Source: a bacterium
GTDB taxonomy: Bacteria; Patescibacteriota; Minisyncoccia; UBA6257; 2-01-FULL-56-20
NCBI GenBank assembly: GCA_021777495.1
Contig: JAJYDL010000003.1
Location: 1-43,881 of the forward strand
DNA length: 43,881 nucleotides
Direction of reading: 5' to 3'
This document shows, piece after piece, positions 19,000 through 28,056 of this stretch (positions are counted from its first letter, which is position 1; every line of letters begins with the position of its first letter). The translations under genes were made by a program, and so were the position numbers. The notes under the pieces are model-generated. The model worked only from the letters and a program-made list of their open reading frames with translations, was not told the origin of the DNA and made no database searches.

Positions 19000-19022
19000 A
19001 TTGGAGCGAAAAATGATATCAT
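18995..19022 (+). promoter_or_regulatory. Sigma70 promoter for the 19074 gene
   Basis: TTGACA (18995-19000)-N16-TATCAT with an extended TG; SD GGAGGT before ATG 19074. Confidence 0.6.
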
Positions 19023-19073
19023 ATCTCCGGCGTTTCGGCAGGGTGCAGTGCCGAAACGGAGAAGGGAGGTGCC

Positions 19074-19595
19074 ATGAAGCCCAAACCGGCGCCGAAAATG
19101 ATCTATCTTTCCAGGGATGATATCGAGTTCATCCGCAATGCGATGAGCTTGAGGCAGCTCGCGGGCAAGGCCATCGAAGTGATGACGCGCATGCCGGGGC
19201 CGATACGATGGGTCGCGGGTCCGCTTACGTCCGGAACGATGTCTCCTGCGAAGAACCGGGAACGTCTCCATCGGACGATACTCCATTACAAGGTGAGAGG
19301 AGTTCCTACGTTCAATTATCTTCCGTTCGAACGGAGGGCAAGAGCAATCCTCCAATGGGAGATCGGCAGGGGATCGAATCTTTCGCGGAAACAGCACCTT
19401 AGGCTGCAGGAACGCCTTCGCGACGGGTTTTATGCCCCCATCTTTGCGTCGGGGTTCGTCGGCGAGTTGCGCATCATGCCCGGCTCGGACGAATCTCTCA
19501 ATGTGCAGTGGATGCGGGGATACGCAAATGCAAAACGCATCCCCACGAAGGATATCTCGGAGGACCTCGTGTCCGCCGCGCAGCAATCGCAGTGA
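19074..19595 (+). CDS. DUF4406/nucleoside deoxyribosyltransferase-like protein
   Basis: WVAGPLTSG...N...L...G..TFNYLPFE...FYAPIF..G...LRIMPGSDESLNVQW pattern; strong SD. Confidence 0.6.
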   Translation: MKPKPAPKMIYLSRDDIEFIRNAMSLRQLAGKAIEVMTRMPGPIRWVAGPLTSGTMSPAKNRERLHRTILHYKVRGVPTFNYLPFERRARAILQWEIGRGSNLSRKQHLRLQERLRDGFYAPIFASGFVGELRIMPGSDESLNVQWMRGYANAKRIPTKDISEDLVSAAQQSQ

Positions 19596-19627
19596 CGGCA
19601 GCGATCGCCATGATCGCTGCGATCGAT

Positions 19628-19657
19628 GAGCCGTACCGTTTTCGGGCGGCTCTTTTT
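19628..19657 (+). terminator. Intrinsic terminator
   Basis: gagccgtaccg-tttt-cgggcggctc followed by T5; a second hairpin gcagcgatc/gatcgctgc lies at 19598-19620. Confidence 0.7.
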
Positions 19658-19913
19658 CATTTCCGGGCCGTCCCGGCTGCCGGGTTCCGAGGAGGGGAGC
19701 GCCATTCTTCGGATGGCCGTGCTTCACCGTTCCCGCGATGGACCAGTAGAGGAACCTTTCGATCGGCGGCAGAAAAGCGCAGGATTTACAATACAAATCC
19801 TCAGTTGGATAATCGGACGAAATCAGGGAAGTAGAACTGACAAAAGAGGTTGCGAAATGTAGAAAAATTACCAATTCTAATGAGATGCTGGGGAGGTGAA
19901 ACGAAGTGAAAAC

Positions 19914-20624
19914 TTATTTGACGCGATCCGCGATTGACCAGAGAAATTGAACATCATATGGAGATAACTTCACGATTTTAGGATTTTTTGGCATCTTTGC
20001 GGATCTCGATTGATATGAGATTGCTGAAATTTTTGATTTTTCCCGCGAAATAAGTTTTCTATAGAATAATGCAGCGATAAGATATGTCCCGAGAGGATTT
20101 GGATGATGTCCGTCGCGTTCAATAAGTTTTGTGTGCGGCCATTTCTTTATAGCAGCCATAAACGCAACCCCGGAATGGATAACCGGGGCATGCATAGCTC
20201 GGCCTGCTTTGGTATATGCGGCATCCAACCTTTTTGCGTCATTAAAAAGTCCTGGACCAACAAATGATGGGGGACAATAAAGCACGATCTTTGATTTATT
20301 TTCTTTTGCAATAGCATGGAATTTAGCGATATATTCAAAAAACTCCTTAGGATTGCCGACGTGGACGATGCCATCTTTTATGATCCCTCCCAATCTTCCG
20401 CGTTCCTGAAGGACGATATAGTCCCATTGACGACCTTCGATCTTTTTAAGTGTGTTTTTATCTTCCCATAGCATTTTGAGGGTTGCGCCGCCACGGAAGA
20501 TACCACCCACGGTCACCTTCGCCGAATGTGCATCTTTTGCAAACCGAGCGATAAGTTTTGGCAGACAGTGATAATAACTAAAACTGTTTCCGATGAAAAG
20601 GACAGATATATTTTTCTTTGGCAT
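19914..20624 (-). CDS. SGNH/GDSL-type hydrolase (DUF4886-like), low GC
   Basis: Block I VLFIGNSFSY, WDYIVLQE, block V DGHHPNPLGTYLIA; visibly AT-rich relative to its flanks. Confidence 0.85.
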   Translation of the reverse strand: MPKKNISVLFIGNSFSYYHCLPKLIARFAKDAHSAKVTVGGIFRGGATLKMLWEDKNTLKKIEGRQWDYIVLQERGRLGGIIKDGIVHVGNPKEFFEYIAKFHAIAKENKSKIVLYCPPSFVGPGLFNDAKRLDAAYTKAGRAMHAPVIHSGVAFMAAIKKWPHTKLIERDGHHPNPLGTYLIAALFYRKLISREKSKISAISYQSRSAKMPKNPKIVKLSPYDVQFLWSIADRVK

Positions 20625-20676
20625 ATTATTGATTCTAACAGCGAATCGGTCCCGGTTACCCGATAAAACGAGCTTG

Positions 20677-20750
20677 TGGCTGGGGGACTAGGAATCGAAC
20701 CTAGATTCACGGCTCCAAAGGCCGCTGTCCTACCGTTAGACGATCCCCCA
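20677..20750 (-). tRNA. tRNA-Gln (anticodon TTG), CCA encoded
   Basis: Reverse complement TGGGGGATCGTCTAACGGTAGGACAGCGGCCTTTGGAGCCGTGAATCTAGGTTCGATTCCTAGTCCCCCAGCCA folds as a 74-nt cloverleaf. Confidence 0.96.
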
Positions 20751-20834
20751 ACGAGATGCGGAAAACACCTTGTATAATGTATTATATAAGAGGATGGGCG
20801 GCAAGGAACGTTTTTAAAGATCGGGTCGAACGCA

Positions 20835-21386
20835 ATGAACAACAAGGATCACGAAGAATCTGTTTTTGCGCCGGAAAGATCGGCGGCGGCGGAGGGGGAT
20901 GGGGTATTCAAACCGGAAGTTCCCGGGAGCGTCGCCTCATCCGAAAATGCACATTCGGAGCGTCCGGATCCGGTGCGGGAGGTCGATGACGGCGTATTCC
21001 TCCCCGAGCTAGAAGAGGAGGATGACTGGATGCATCGGATCGATACCCTTCGTCAGGATATTTTGCAGGGAGGTACTCGTCCCGATACCGGTCCTTCGGA
21101 GGTAAATCCCGTTTCTTCGGCCGAGCGCGTGGATACCGCTCCCGGCAGCGGGGGAGGGGCCGGAGGTGGAGGAAGATTTTTTCTTAGCGGTATCGGATTC
21201 CTCGGGTCATTGTTGTTCGGTGGGGTGGCGGCGGGATTCACCGCATTCAAGCACTTTGTCGGGCGTATGTCGTGGGCCAAAGGGAAATTTGGCGGAGGTG
21301 GCGGTGGAGGCGGCGGATCGCATGGCAAGGCATCGCACAAGCCATCGGGCGGAGGTAGAAAAGGCGGGGGAGGAGGCCATCACTGA
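20835..21386 (+). CDS. Hypothetical protein: acidic N-terminus, hydrophobic helix, Gly/Lys/His-rich tail
   Basis: 183-aa ORF filling the gap between tRNA-Gln and sodA; upstream TATAAT at 20773. Confidence 0.6.
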   Translation: MNNKDHEESVFAPERSAAAEGDGVFKPEVPGSVASSENAHSERPDPVREVDDGVFLPELEEEDDWMHRIDTLRQDILQGGTRPDTGPSEVNPVSSAERVDTAPGSGGGAGGGGRFFLSGIGFLGSLLFGGVAAGFTAFKHFVGRMSWAKGKFGGGGGGGGGSHGKASHKPSGGGRKGGGGGHH

Positions 21387-21415
21387 TCGCAATCAAATAA
21401 TAATATATAACCTTC

Positions 21416-22027
21416 ATGAAATATGAATTGCCGCAGTTGCCGTATGGGTACGACGCGCTCGAGCCGTACCTCGATGCGAGGACGATGGAGATCCATCATA
21501 CGAAACATCATCAGGCGTACGTGGATAACCTGAACGCCGCGCTCGAGAAGCACCCCGAGATCGCGGACAAACCGCTCGAGGAACTTCTGCGCGCCATCGA
21601 CACGGTACCGGAGGATATCCGCACCGCGGTTCGGAATCATGGCGGCGGACATATGAATCATTCGTTTTTCTGGACAATCATGGGGCCTGCGGCGGGGGAC
21701 GATGCGCATCCCGCCGGCAAGGTGGGGGAGATGATCGACGCGTCGTTCGGCGGATTTGCCCTGTTCAAGGAATCGTTCGCCAAAGCCGCGGCCTCGGTGT
21801 TCGGTTCCGGGTGGGCATGGCTTGTGATCGGCGCGGACGGGAAGCCGGCGATCATAACAACGCCCAATCAGGACAGTCCCCTCATGACGGGCGCGCATCC
21901 GGTGCTCGGACTCGACGTCTGGGAGCACGCCTACTATCTGAAGTATCAGAACAAGCGCCCCGATTACATCGATGCGTGGTGGCATGTGGTGGATTGGAAG
22001 CGCATCGAGGAGAAATTCACTTCCTGA
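21416..22027 (+). CDS. sodA: Superoxide dismutase (probably Mn)
   Basis: [15 protein letters not shown] (GGG is typical of the Mn type), [15 protein letters not shown]. Confidence 0.95.
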   Translation: MKYELPQLPYGYDALEPYLDARTMEIHHTKHHQAYVDNLNAALEKHPEIADKPLEELLRAIDTVPEDIRTAVRNHGGGHMNHSFFWTIMGPAAGDDAHPAGKVGEMIDASFGGFALFKESFAKAAASVFGSGWAWLVIGADGKPAIITTPNQDSPLMTGAHPVLGLDVWEHAYYLKYQNKRPDYIDAWWHVVDWKRIEEKFTS

Positions 22028-22054
22028 CGCGGCTGCCTCTGGTATACTGATTTC

Positions 22055-25000
22055 ATGGGTTCCCCTGCGAACAACAACAGGAGGAAATTGTTCGATGTAG
22101 GGGCCTCCCGCGCGAGAGGCCGCCGTTGGAGTTTTCTCTATGGCCGCAACGCGCTTAACCTGAGGCCCCATTTCCGCGTGCGCCATCCGTGGATCACGGC
22201 GCTTGGCGCGGTTGCGATCGTCGGGATCGTGTTCGTCGGCGTGCGTCAGTTCTCAACCCGTGCGGAGGTGAGCGATTTCTATCCGACGACGTGTCTCGGC
22301 GACTGGCAGAATCCTTCGAATGCGGCGAACCAGCCCGAAACGATGGGAGTTTCCGGCACCCCTTTCACTTCCCAGAATTCCGCCGTATTCAACGCTTCCG
22401 GCACGCAGATTTTCTGCGGAGGTTTTGTGCCGCCCGGCTTTTCGAGCTCCGGCACCATCACGAACGTCGGCCTTACTCTTGTATGGCAGGTGGGCAACGG
22501 AACCGTCGCTCCTCCTCCGGGAAGCGATACGGCCGTCACGCCATCAAGTACGGTGGCAGGGAGTACTGCTGCCGCGACCACAACCACTGCTTCGTCCTCG
22601 ATCCCGGATGCCGCCTCCGGCAGTAGTTCCTCTGCGGCAACGTCTACGACCACAACTTCCGCATCCGCTTCGACTTCAACTCCTGCTTCCGCGCCCACCA
22701 CCACTACTTCATCTCCGTCCGATACCTCGATACCACCTCCTTCTGCGACGGCTACAACTTCCGCTCCTGCTCCTGCGCCCTCATCTACGCCCACACCTCC
22801 GCCTCCGGCCCCCGCGCCTTCATCTTCGATCCCCGCTCCTGCTCCTACGCCTACCGCAACGGCGGCTTCGGGCACTTCCGCGTTTGCGGCGTTCAAGAAT
22901 CTGCTTTCCTATTTCGTGCCGCCCGCGTTCGCCGATGGAACAACCTCGCCTTCGGTTTCCGGTCCGAACGACAGTTCGACCGCCGTCATCGAGCCGCCGA
23001 TCGCCGCTTTGCCTGCATCGACAACTTCCATTTCCAGTTCCGCCGAGAGCCCCCTTCCTTCCGGAAGCATATCCCCGTCCGCGACATCATCCCCGTCCGC
23101 GGCAACCCCCGCCGCGTCCGCGCCCGACGAGAACTTCCTTCAGGTGAGCTATAGCACCGACGGTACGACCTGGATCCCCATCCAGAAAGTGAACGAAGCA
23201 AACTGGAAAGATCTCACGATCACCATTCCGGTCACCGACTGGACGGATCTTTCCAAGCTTCAGATCCGTATTGCTTCGATCCCGACTTCTCTGCAAGTGA
23301 TCCCCCCCGTCTATCTCGACGGCATGATGGTAGAGGTGCATTACGTCGTGGGCCCCATGGAGAACGGGGGAGGCGGATCATCGAATGCCACTCCTGCCGC
23401 AGCGCCTTCGGCGGCGGTTCCCGTCGTCGTGACCCATGCAACGCTCGCTCCCGTGAACGGGAAGACGAACTTCGGTGCCGATGAAGCTCCCACGTTCGAA
23501 TACAACCTGAACAGTCTTCCTACCTCCACCACATCCACGCCCGCTGCCGGACCGCCGCAGTCGTTCAATGATCTGCGCGGAAGCGGAACGCCGTCATGGC
23601 GGGATTTTTTTTATTCATTGCTTGATGGCCTTGGCTCCCGTGCCGATGCCCAGACCGTTTCGGTCCCGACGCCCACGCCGGGCAATCCCGTCGTGGCGGA
23701 GATCGACGATCCTTCCGGCAAGCCGACCGGGTTCCAGCCGGTCATTGCGACCGTCAATAATCAGCTGAACGTGGGCCTTCCCGAACCCACGACCGCATTC
23801 CGTCCCGGCCGCTATACCCTCAAGCTCTGGATCCTCCATAACGGCGTCGTCTATGCCACCGAGAACACGTTCACCTGGGGAGTGCTTGCGGTGAACTTCG
23901 ATAAGTCCCTCTATTCCCTCAACGATACGGCGCATATCGGATTCGGGGTGCTTGATGATGCGGGGAACACCGTCTGCGGCGCGCCCATCTCGATGACCGT
24001 GACCGACCCCGGAGGTACGGTGCATCAGTTCTCGACCGCCAATGGAAGCATTGCGCAAAGCCCCACATGCGGACCGGCGACCGTGACGAACGTGCCGGAC
24101 TACGCAGCCTCTATGGCGCTCCATGCCGTCGGCACCTATCGGGTCTCGGTCACCGCGCTTACGCCGGACGGCATGCGTACGTTGAGCGATCAGTTCGGCG
24201 TGCAGGATCCGCCGCTCTTCGACGTGACGCGCGACGCGCCGACGCGCATCTACCCTCCCGTTCCCTACGGCGTTTCGATTGCCGTGAAAGCAAACGCGGA
24301 TTACAACGGCACGATCACCGAAACGGTGCCGGCATCCTTCGGGATCGAGGGCGGGAATTTTTCCTCGCAATCGTCCAACGGGACGGATGTCACGCTTTCA
24401 TGGAACGCGAAACTCAAAAAAGGGGATACGATAACCCTTCACTATGTATTTAAGGCTCCCGATGTGAGTCCGGAACTTTACAAGATCGGACCGTTGCAGA
24501 TCGGTACGTGGGCGGAAACCCGCCAATGGCAGATCGCCGCGGACGCCATTGCGACGAAGCAGATCTTCATCACGAGCACCGCCTCCACCACCTGGACCGT
24601 ACCCGCGGACTGGAACAGCGCTTCGAACACGATCGAGCTGATCGGGGGCGGCGGAGGGGGCGGCGCGGGGGGTGCTGCGCAAGGCGCGGGCGGTGGCGGC
24701 GGAGGAGGCGGTGCGTATGCAAAAATAAGCAACTTCAGCGCGGCGCCGGGAACTTCGGTCAAGATACAGGTGGGCGCTGCGGGGGGATCTGCCGTTGGCG
24801 GCGCCCTTACCTATTTCGGATGGAACGGTTCCGGTGCGACGACGACGTGCAGTGCGACGACGATGTCCGCGTGCGCCGCTGCCGGCGGCGCCGGAAACTC
24901 TGCTTCGGGAAATCTTCCCGGGAACTCGGTATCGGGGGGGCTTGCGACAGGAAGCGTGGGATCCACCACATATAACGGTGGAGGCGGATCATCGGGCGGT

Positions 25001-26947
25001 GCCACGGGAGGTTCGAACTCCGGCGCGGGCGGCGGAGGAGGCGGTGCGGCAGGTTTGAATGCAGGAGGCACCACCGGTGCCGTGGGGAGTCTTACGACCG
25101 GCGGTGCGGGCGGTCAGGGTGACGGAACTTTCGGCGGTGCGGGCGGCGCGGCGGACACGGCGGGAAGCAACGGAACCGAGTGGAGTGCCTCTCCGGCATA
25201 CGGTTCCGGCGGCGGAGGAGGCGGTGCGTCGGGCGGCGGACACGGCGCGGCCGGCGTTGCGGGACAGGCCGGCGGTACGTATGGCGCGGGCGGCGGAGGA
25301 GGTTCGGGAGTCGGAAAGGGAGGGAGCGGAAGCGGCGGCGCGGGCGGCGCGGGCACGCAAGGCATCATCGTCATCACGTACACCCAGGCAGGAGTCCTCA
25401 TCGGCGACGGGACGCAGCCGGCGCCGGTCACCATCGGCCCCGGAGCAAATGCCACGACGAGCGACGCGTTCACGTTCGTGACGAATGTGGGCACGACGAC
25501 GATCACGAGCGTCACGACGACGCTTTCCACGGTGGCGGGCGTGGGACTCGTCGAGATCGCGAACAGCAACGGCACCACGATCTACGGATCGAGCACCAAC
25601 CTCGTTGCGACAACCACCGTGTTTGCGAGTACCACGTTCACCATTCCTGTGAGCGGTTTGAGCCTGAGCACCGCTACGACGACTTTTACGGTCCTCGTGC
25701 AACCGAAGAACGCGACATCCATGCCCGCGGTGCCGGGGGGCACCTATACGGTGACGTCCACCGTCACCGGATGGATCGACAGCAAAGGGCTTGCCACGGG
25801 CGGCGCGAATACCACCTCATCGGTGATCACAATCGATAATCAATCGCCCGGCAATGTAACGAATGCCACCGGTACACCCGCAAACGGGTCGGTTGTTCTT
25901 TCATGGACCAATCCCACCGACCCCGATTTCGCGCAAACCGTCGTGCTTCGGGCAACATCATCCGTTACGGTTGCGCCCACCGAGGGGACATCCTATTCGG
26001 CGGGGAACAGCATCAATGCCACGACTACGGTCGCATGCGTCGCCGCGTCGAGCACTTCGGGCTGCACCGATACGGGGCTTACCAACGGGACGTCATATTA
26101 TTACAAGATCTTCGCCCGTGATAATTTCTATAACTATGCAACGGGAACGTCCGCGGGTCCTTTTGTCCCGTCGGGAGGGGGAACGCCGGTTGTTTCCAAT
26201 CTTCTTCTGAACGGAGTCAGCGCCATCACGCTCGTGCCGAATTCCACGCAAAGCGTTTCCGTCACTGCATCCACGACCGACTCCGCCGGTCCTGCGGACA
26301 TCAAATACGCCACATCCACCATCTACCGCTCGGGCGTCGGTGCGAACTGTGCGGCAAGCAACTTGAACTGCTATCAGCTTGCGAGCTCGAGTTGCACGTT
26401 TTCGGGTTCCAGCTCCACGGTTACCTGCACTGCGAATATCGCCTATATCGCCCAGCCGACCGATACCTCCACATATGCGGGCCAGTCGTGGATGGCCGCG
26501 GTCACCGTCGCGGGAGGTGCGGGATCGGGAAGCGCCACGACGACCGGAGGGGTTACGTTGAATACGCTCCTTGCCCTCAACGTGACGACATCGTCCGTGA
26601 ACTACGGGCTTGTTGCGGCGAACGGTTCATCCGGCAATCAGACGACCACGGTCCAGAACGTGGGTAACGCCCCGATCGCCCTTTCGCTTTCCGGCACGAG
26701 CCTCGCCCTTTCCGGGAATCCTTCCGTCACCATTCCCGTGACCGCCGAGCAGTATTCCACGACGACGTTCGCATGGGGTGCCGCCGCGCAGCTCGGCATC
26801 GCAACCTCCACGGTGCCGGGATTTTCCCTCGCGGCGCCCACTACGACGACCACCACCGTCCAAGGGAACATCTTCTGGGCGATCGGCGGGTTCATTGCGC
26901 CCACGGGGACCTATAACGGCACGATCTCCTTCACGGCGTCACCTTAG
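22055..26947 (+). CDS. Giant modular surface protein/adhesin (S/T/P linkers, Ig/MG2-like modules, glycine-rich domain, FN3, C-terminal WxL-like subunit domain)
   Basis: 1630-aa ORF with a signal peptide; FN3 LSWTNP...GLTNGTSYYYKIFARD; Gly-rich domain ~24548-25385; C-terminal 26186-26947 paralogous to the next gene. Confidence 0.85.
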   Translation: MGSPANNNRRKLFDVGASRARGRRWSFLYGRNALNLRPHFRVRHPWITALGAVAIVGIVFVGVRQFSTRAEVSDFYPTTCLGDWQNPSNAANQPETMGVSGTPFTSQNSAVFNASGTQIFCGGFVPPGFSSSGTITNVGLTLVWQVGNGTVAPPPGSDTAVTPSSTVAGSTAAATTTTASSSIPDAASGSSSSAATSTTTTSASASTSTPASAPTTTTSSPSDTSIPPPSATATTSAPAPAPSSTPTPPPPAPAPSSSIPAPAPTPTATAASGTSAFAAFKNLLSYFVPPAFADGTTSPSVSGPNDSSTAVIEPPIAALPASTTSISSSAESPLPSGSISPSATSSPSAATPAASAPDENFLQVSYSTDGTTWIPIQKVNEANWKDLTITIPVTDWTDLSKLQIRIASIPTSLQVIPPVYLDGMMVEVHYVVGPMENGGGGSSNATPAAAPSAAVPVVVTHATLAPVNGKTNFGADEAPTFEYNLNSLPTSTTSTPAAGPPQSFNDLRGSGTPSWRDFFYSLLDGLGSRADAQTVSVPTPTPGNPVVAEIDDPSGKPTGFQPVIATVNNQLNVGLPEPTTAFRPGRYTLKLWILHNGVVYATENTFTWGVLAVNFDKSLYSLNDTAHIGFGVLDDAGNTVCGAPISMTVTDPGGTVHQFSTANGSIAQSPTCGPATVTNVPDYAASMALHAVGTYRVSVTALTPDGMRTLSDQFGVQDPPLFDVTRDAPTRIYPPVPYGVSIAVKANADYNGTITETVPASFGIEGGNFSSQSSNGTDVTLSWNAKLKKGDTITLHYVFKAPDVSPELYKIGPLQIGTWAETRQWQIAADAIATKQIFITSTASTTWTVPADWNSASNTIELIGGGGGGGAGGAAQGAGGGGGGGGAYAKISNFSAAPGTSVKIQVGAAGGSAVGGALTYFGWNGSGATTTCSATTMSACAAAGGAGNSASGNLPGNSVSGGLATGSVGSTTYNGGGGSSGGATGGSNSGAGGGGGGAAGLNAGGTTGAVGSLTTGGAGGQGDGTFGGAGGAADTAGSNGTEWSASPAYGSGGGGGGASGGGHGAAGVAGQAGGTYGAGGGGGSGVGKGGSGSGGAGGAGTQGIIVITYTQAGVLIGDGTQPAPVTIGPGANATTSDAFTFVTNVGTTTITSVTTTLSTVAGVGLVEIANSNGTTIYGSSTNLVATTTVFASTTFTIPVSGLSLSTATTTFTVLVQPKNATSMPAVPGGTYTVTSTVTGWIDSKGLATGGANTTSSVITIDNQSPGNVTNATGTPANGSVVLSWTNPTDPDFAQTVVLRATSSVTVAPTEGTSYSAGNSINATTTVACVAASSTSGCTDTGLTNGTSYYYKIFARDNFYNYATGTSAGPFVPSGGGTPVVSNLLLNGVSAITLVPNSTQSVSVTASTTDSAGPADIKYATSTIYRSGVGANCAASNLNCYQLASSSCTFSGSSSTVTCTANIAYIAQPTDTSTYAGQSWMAAVTVAGGAGSGSATTTGGVTLNTLLALNVTTSSVNYGLVAANGSSGNQTTTVQNVGNAPIALSLSGTSLALSGNPSVTIPVTAEQYSTTTFAWGAAAQLGIATSTVPGFSLAAPTTTTTTVQGNIFWAIGGFIAPTGTYNGTISFTASP

Positions 26948-26959
26948 CGTGGTTCCGAG

Positions 26960-26968
26960 TTATCCACA
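26960..26968 (+). promoter_or_regulatory. Consensus DnaA box upstream of the subunit promoter
   Basis: TTATCCACA, 23 nt upstream of the -10 hexamer TATAAT (26992-26997, extended TGgTATAAT). Confidence 0.5.
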
Positions 26969-27024
26969 ACGGCGACCATACCGTCGTCTGGTATAATGAA
27001 TGCATTGAAACTAAAAGGATTTTT

Positions 27025-27987
27025 ATGGATATACAGCGCATAGAGCGGAGGAGGATGATAGGAACGGCGATTGCCGTGGTGTTTATCTCTGCCGGAATCG
27101 GTTTTTTCGGGCATGTGGTATTCGGGGCGAACGTATCAAGCTCCGTTGTCGTCACGGCGACGGCGCCTACGATGGGGACGGTGACGGTGAACGGGGGGAA
27201 TAATATCACGCTCAGTCCCGGAGGGACCGTGGCGGTTCCCGTGACCGCACAGGTGAACGATTATAACGGCTGCACCGACTTCAGTTCGGGCACCACGACC
27301 GTCGCGCTTTGGTATTCCGTGGCGGGATCCTCCACCTGCCTTTCGGGCGGAGCGCCGGGGAACCTCAATACGTGCTATGTCGCTACGGCATTCACCACGT
27401 CGACCTGCTCCGGTTCCATTGCAAATACGACGACGACCTTCAATATGGAATATTTCGCGAAGGCGACCGATGCCTCCTCGAGCGTGCCGAGCGCAAACTG
27501 GCGCGCCACGGTGATCTTCAAAGCACCCTCGGGTTCCACGACGAGCGCCGATTCCGCCTCCGGCACCACGCCCGACGTGCTCACGCTCCTTGCGTTCAAC
27601 CTTTCGACGAGCACGATCAACTACGGAAACGTAGGTGCGGGGGCCAACACCGGGGCCACCAATCAAAACGTGAATATCCAGAATTACGGCAATTCGACCG
27701 ACGGATCGTATCTCTATGGCACCGCAATGCTGAATGCGGCATCGAGCACCCTCTCTATGCCGACTTCATCCCAGCTGTATGCAACGACGACTTTCAATGC
27801 AGGTTCGGCGGGGACGCCCCTTTCGGATGTGGCGACCACGCAGATCACCGGTTTTTCGCTCACTGCGCCCACGACAACCTCTGTAGTAAGCAGTTCCGTA
27901 TACTGGGGACTCAGTGTTCCGGGCGGGACTCCGACGGGAACCTATAACGCCACAAACACCTTCAGCGCCCTCTTCGTTTCATCATAA
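27025..27987 (+). CDS. Secreted WxL-like beta-sandwich protein, putative major fibre subunit
   Basis: Signal peptide; own -10 box and SD AAAGGA; C-terminal VYWGLSVPGGTPTGTYNATNTFSA resembles WxL-type termini. Confidence 0.7.
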   Translation: MDIQRIERRRMIGTAIAVVFISAGIGFFGHVVFGANVSSSVVVTATAPTMGTVTVNGGNNITLSPGGTVAVPVTAQVNDYNGCTDFSSGTTTVALWYSVAGSSTCLSGGAPGNLNTCYVATAFTTSTCSGSIANTTTTFNMEYFAKATDASSSVPSANWRATVIFKAPSGSTTSADSASGTTPDVLTLLAFNLSTSTINYGNVGAGANTGATNQNVNIQNYGNSTDGSYLYGTAMLNAASSTLSMPTSSQLYATTTFNAGSAGTPLSDVATTQITGFSLTAPTTTSVVSSSVYWGLSVPGGTPTGTYNATNTFSALFVSS

Positions 27988-28056
27988 CGGCGGTTCCCGG
28001 GCCTTGTCCCGGGAGTCCGGAGGGGATACTATATCGAAGACCCTCACACTCGCACG

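Noticed and set aside
23605-23612. T8 homopolymer in the giant gene (and T7 at 30260) as a phase-variation tract
   Set aside because: Short, in frame and explained by Phe codons; no evidence of slippage.
26960-26968. Replication origin
   Set aside because: Only one perfect DnaA box in a 77-bp gap, with no dnaA/dnaN or extended AT-rich unwinding element nearby.
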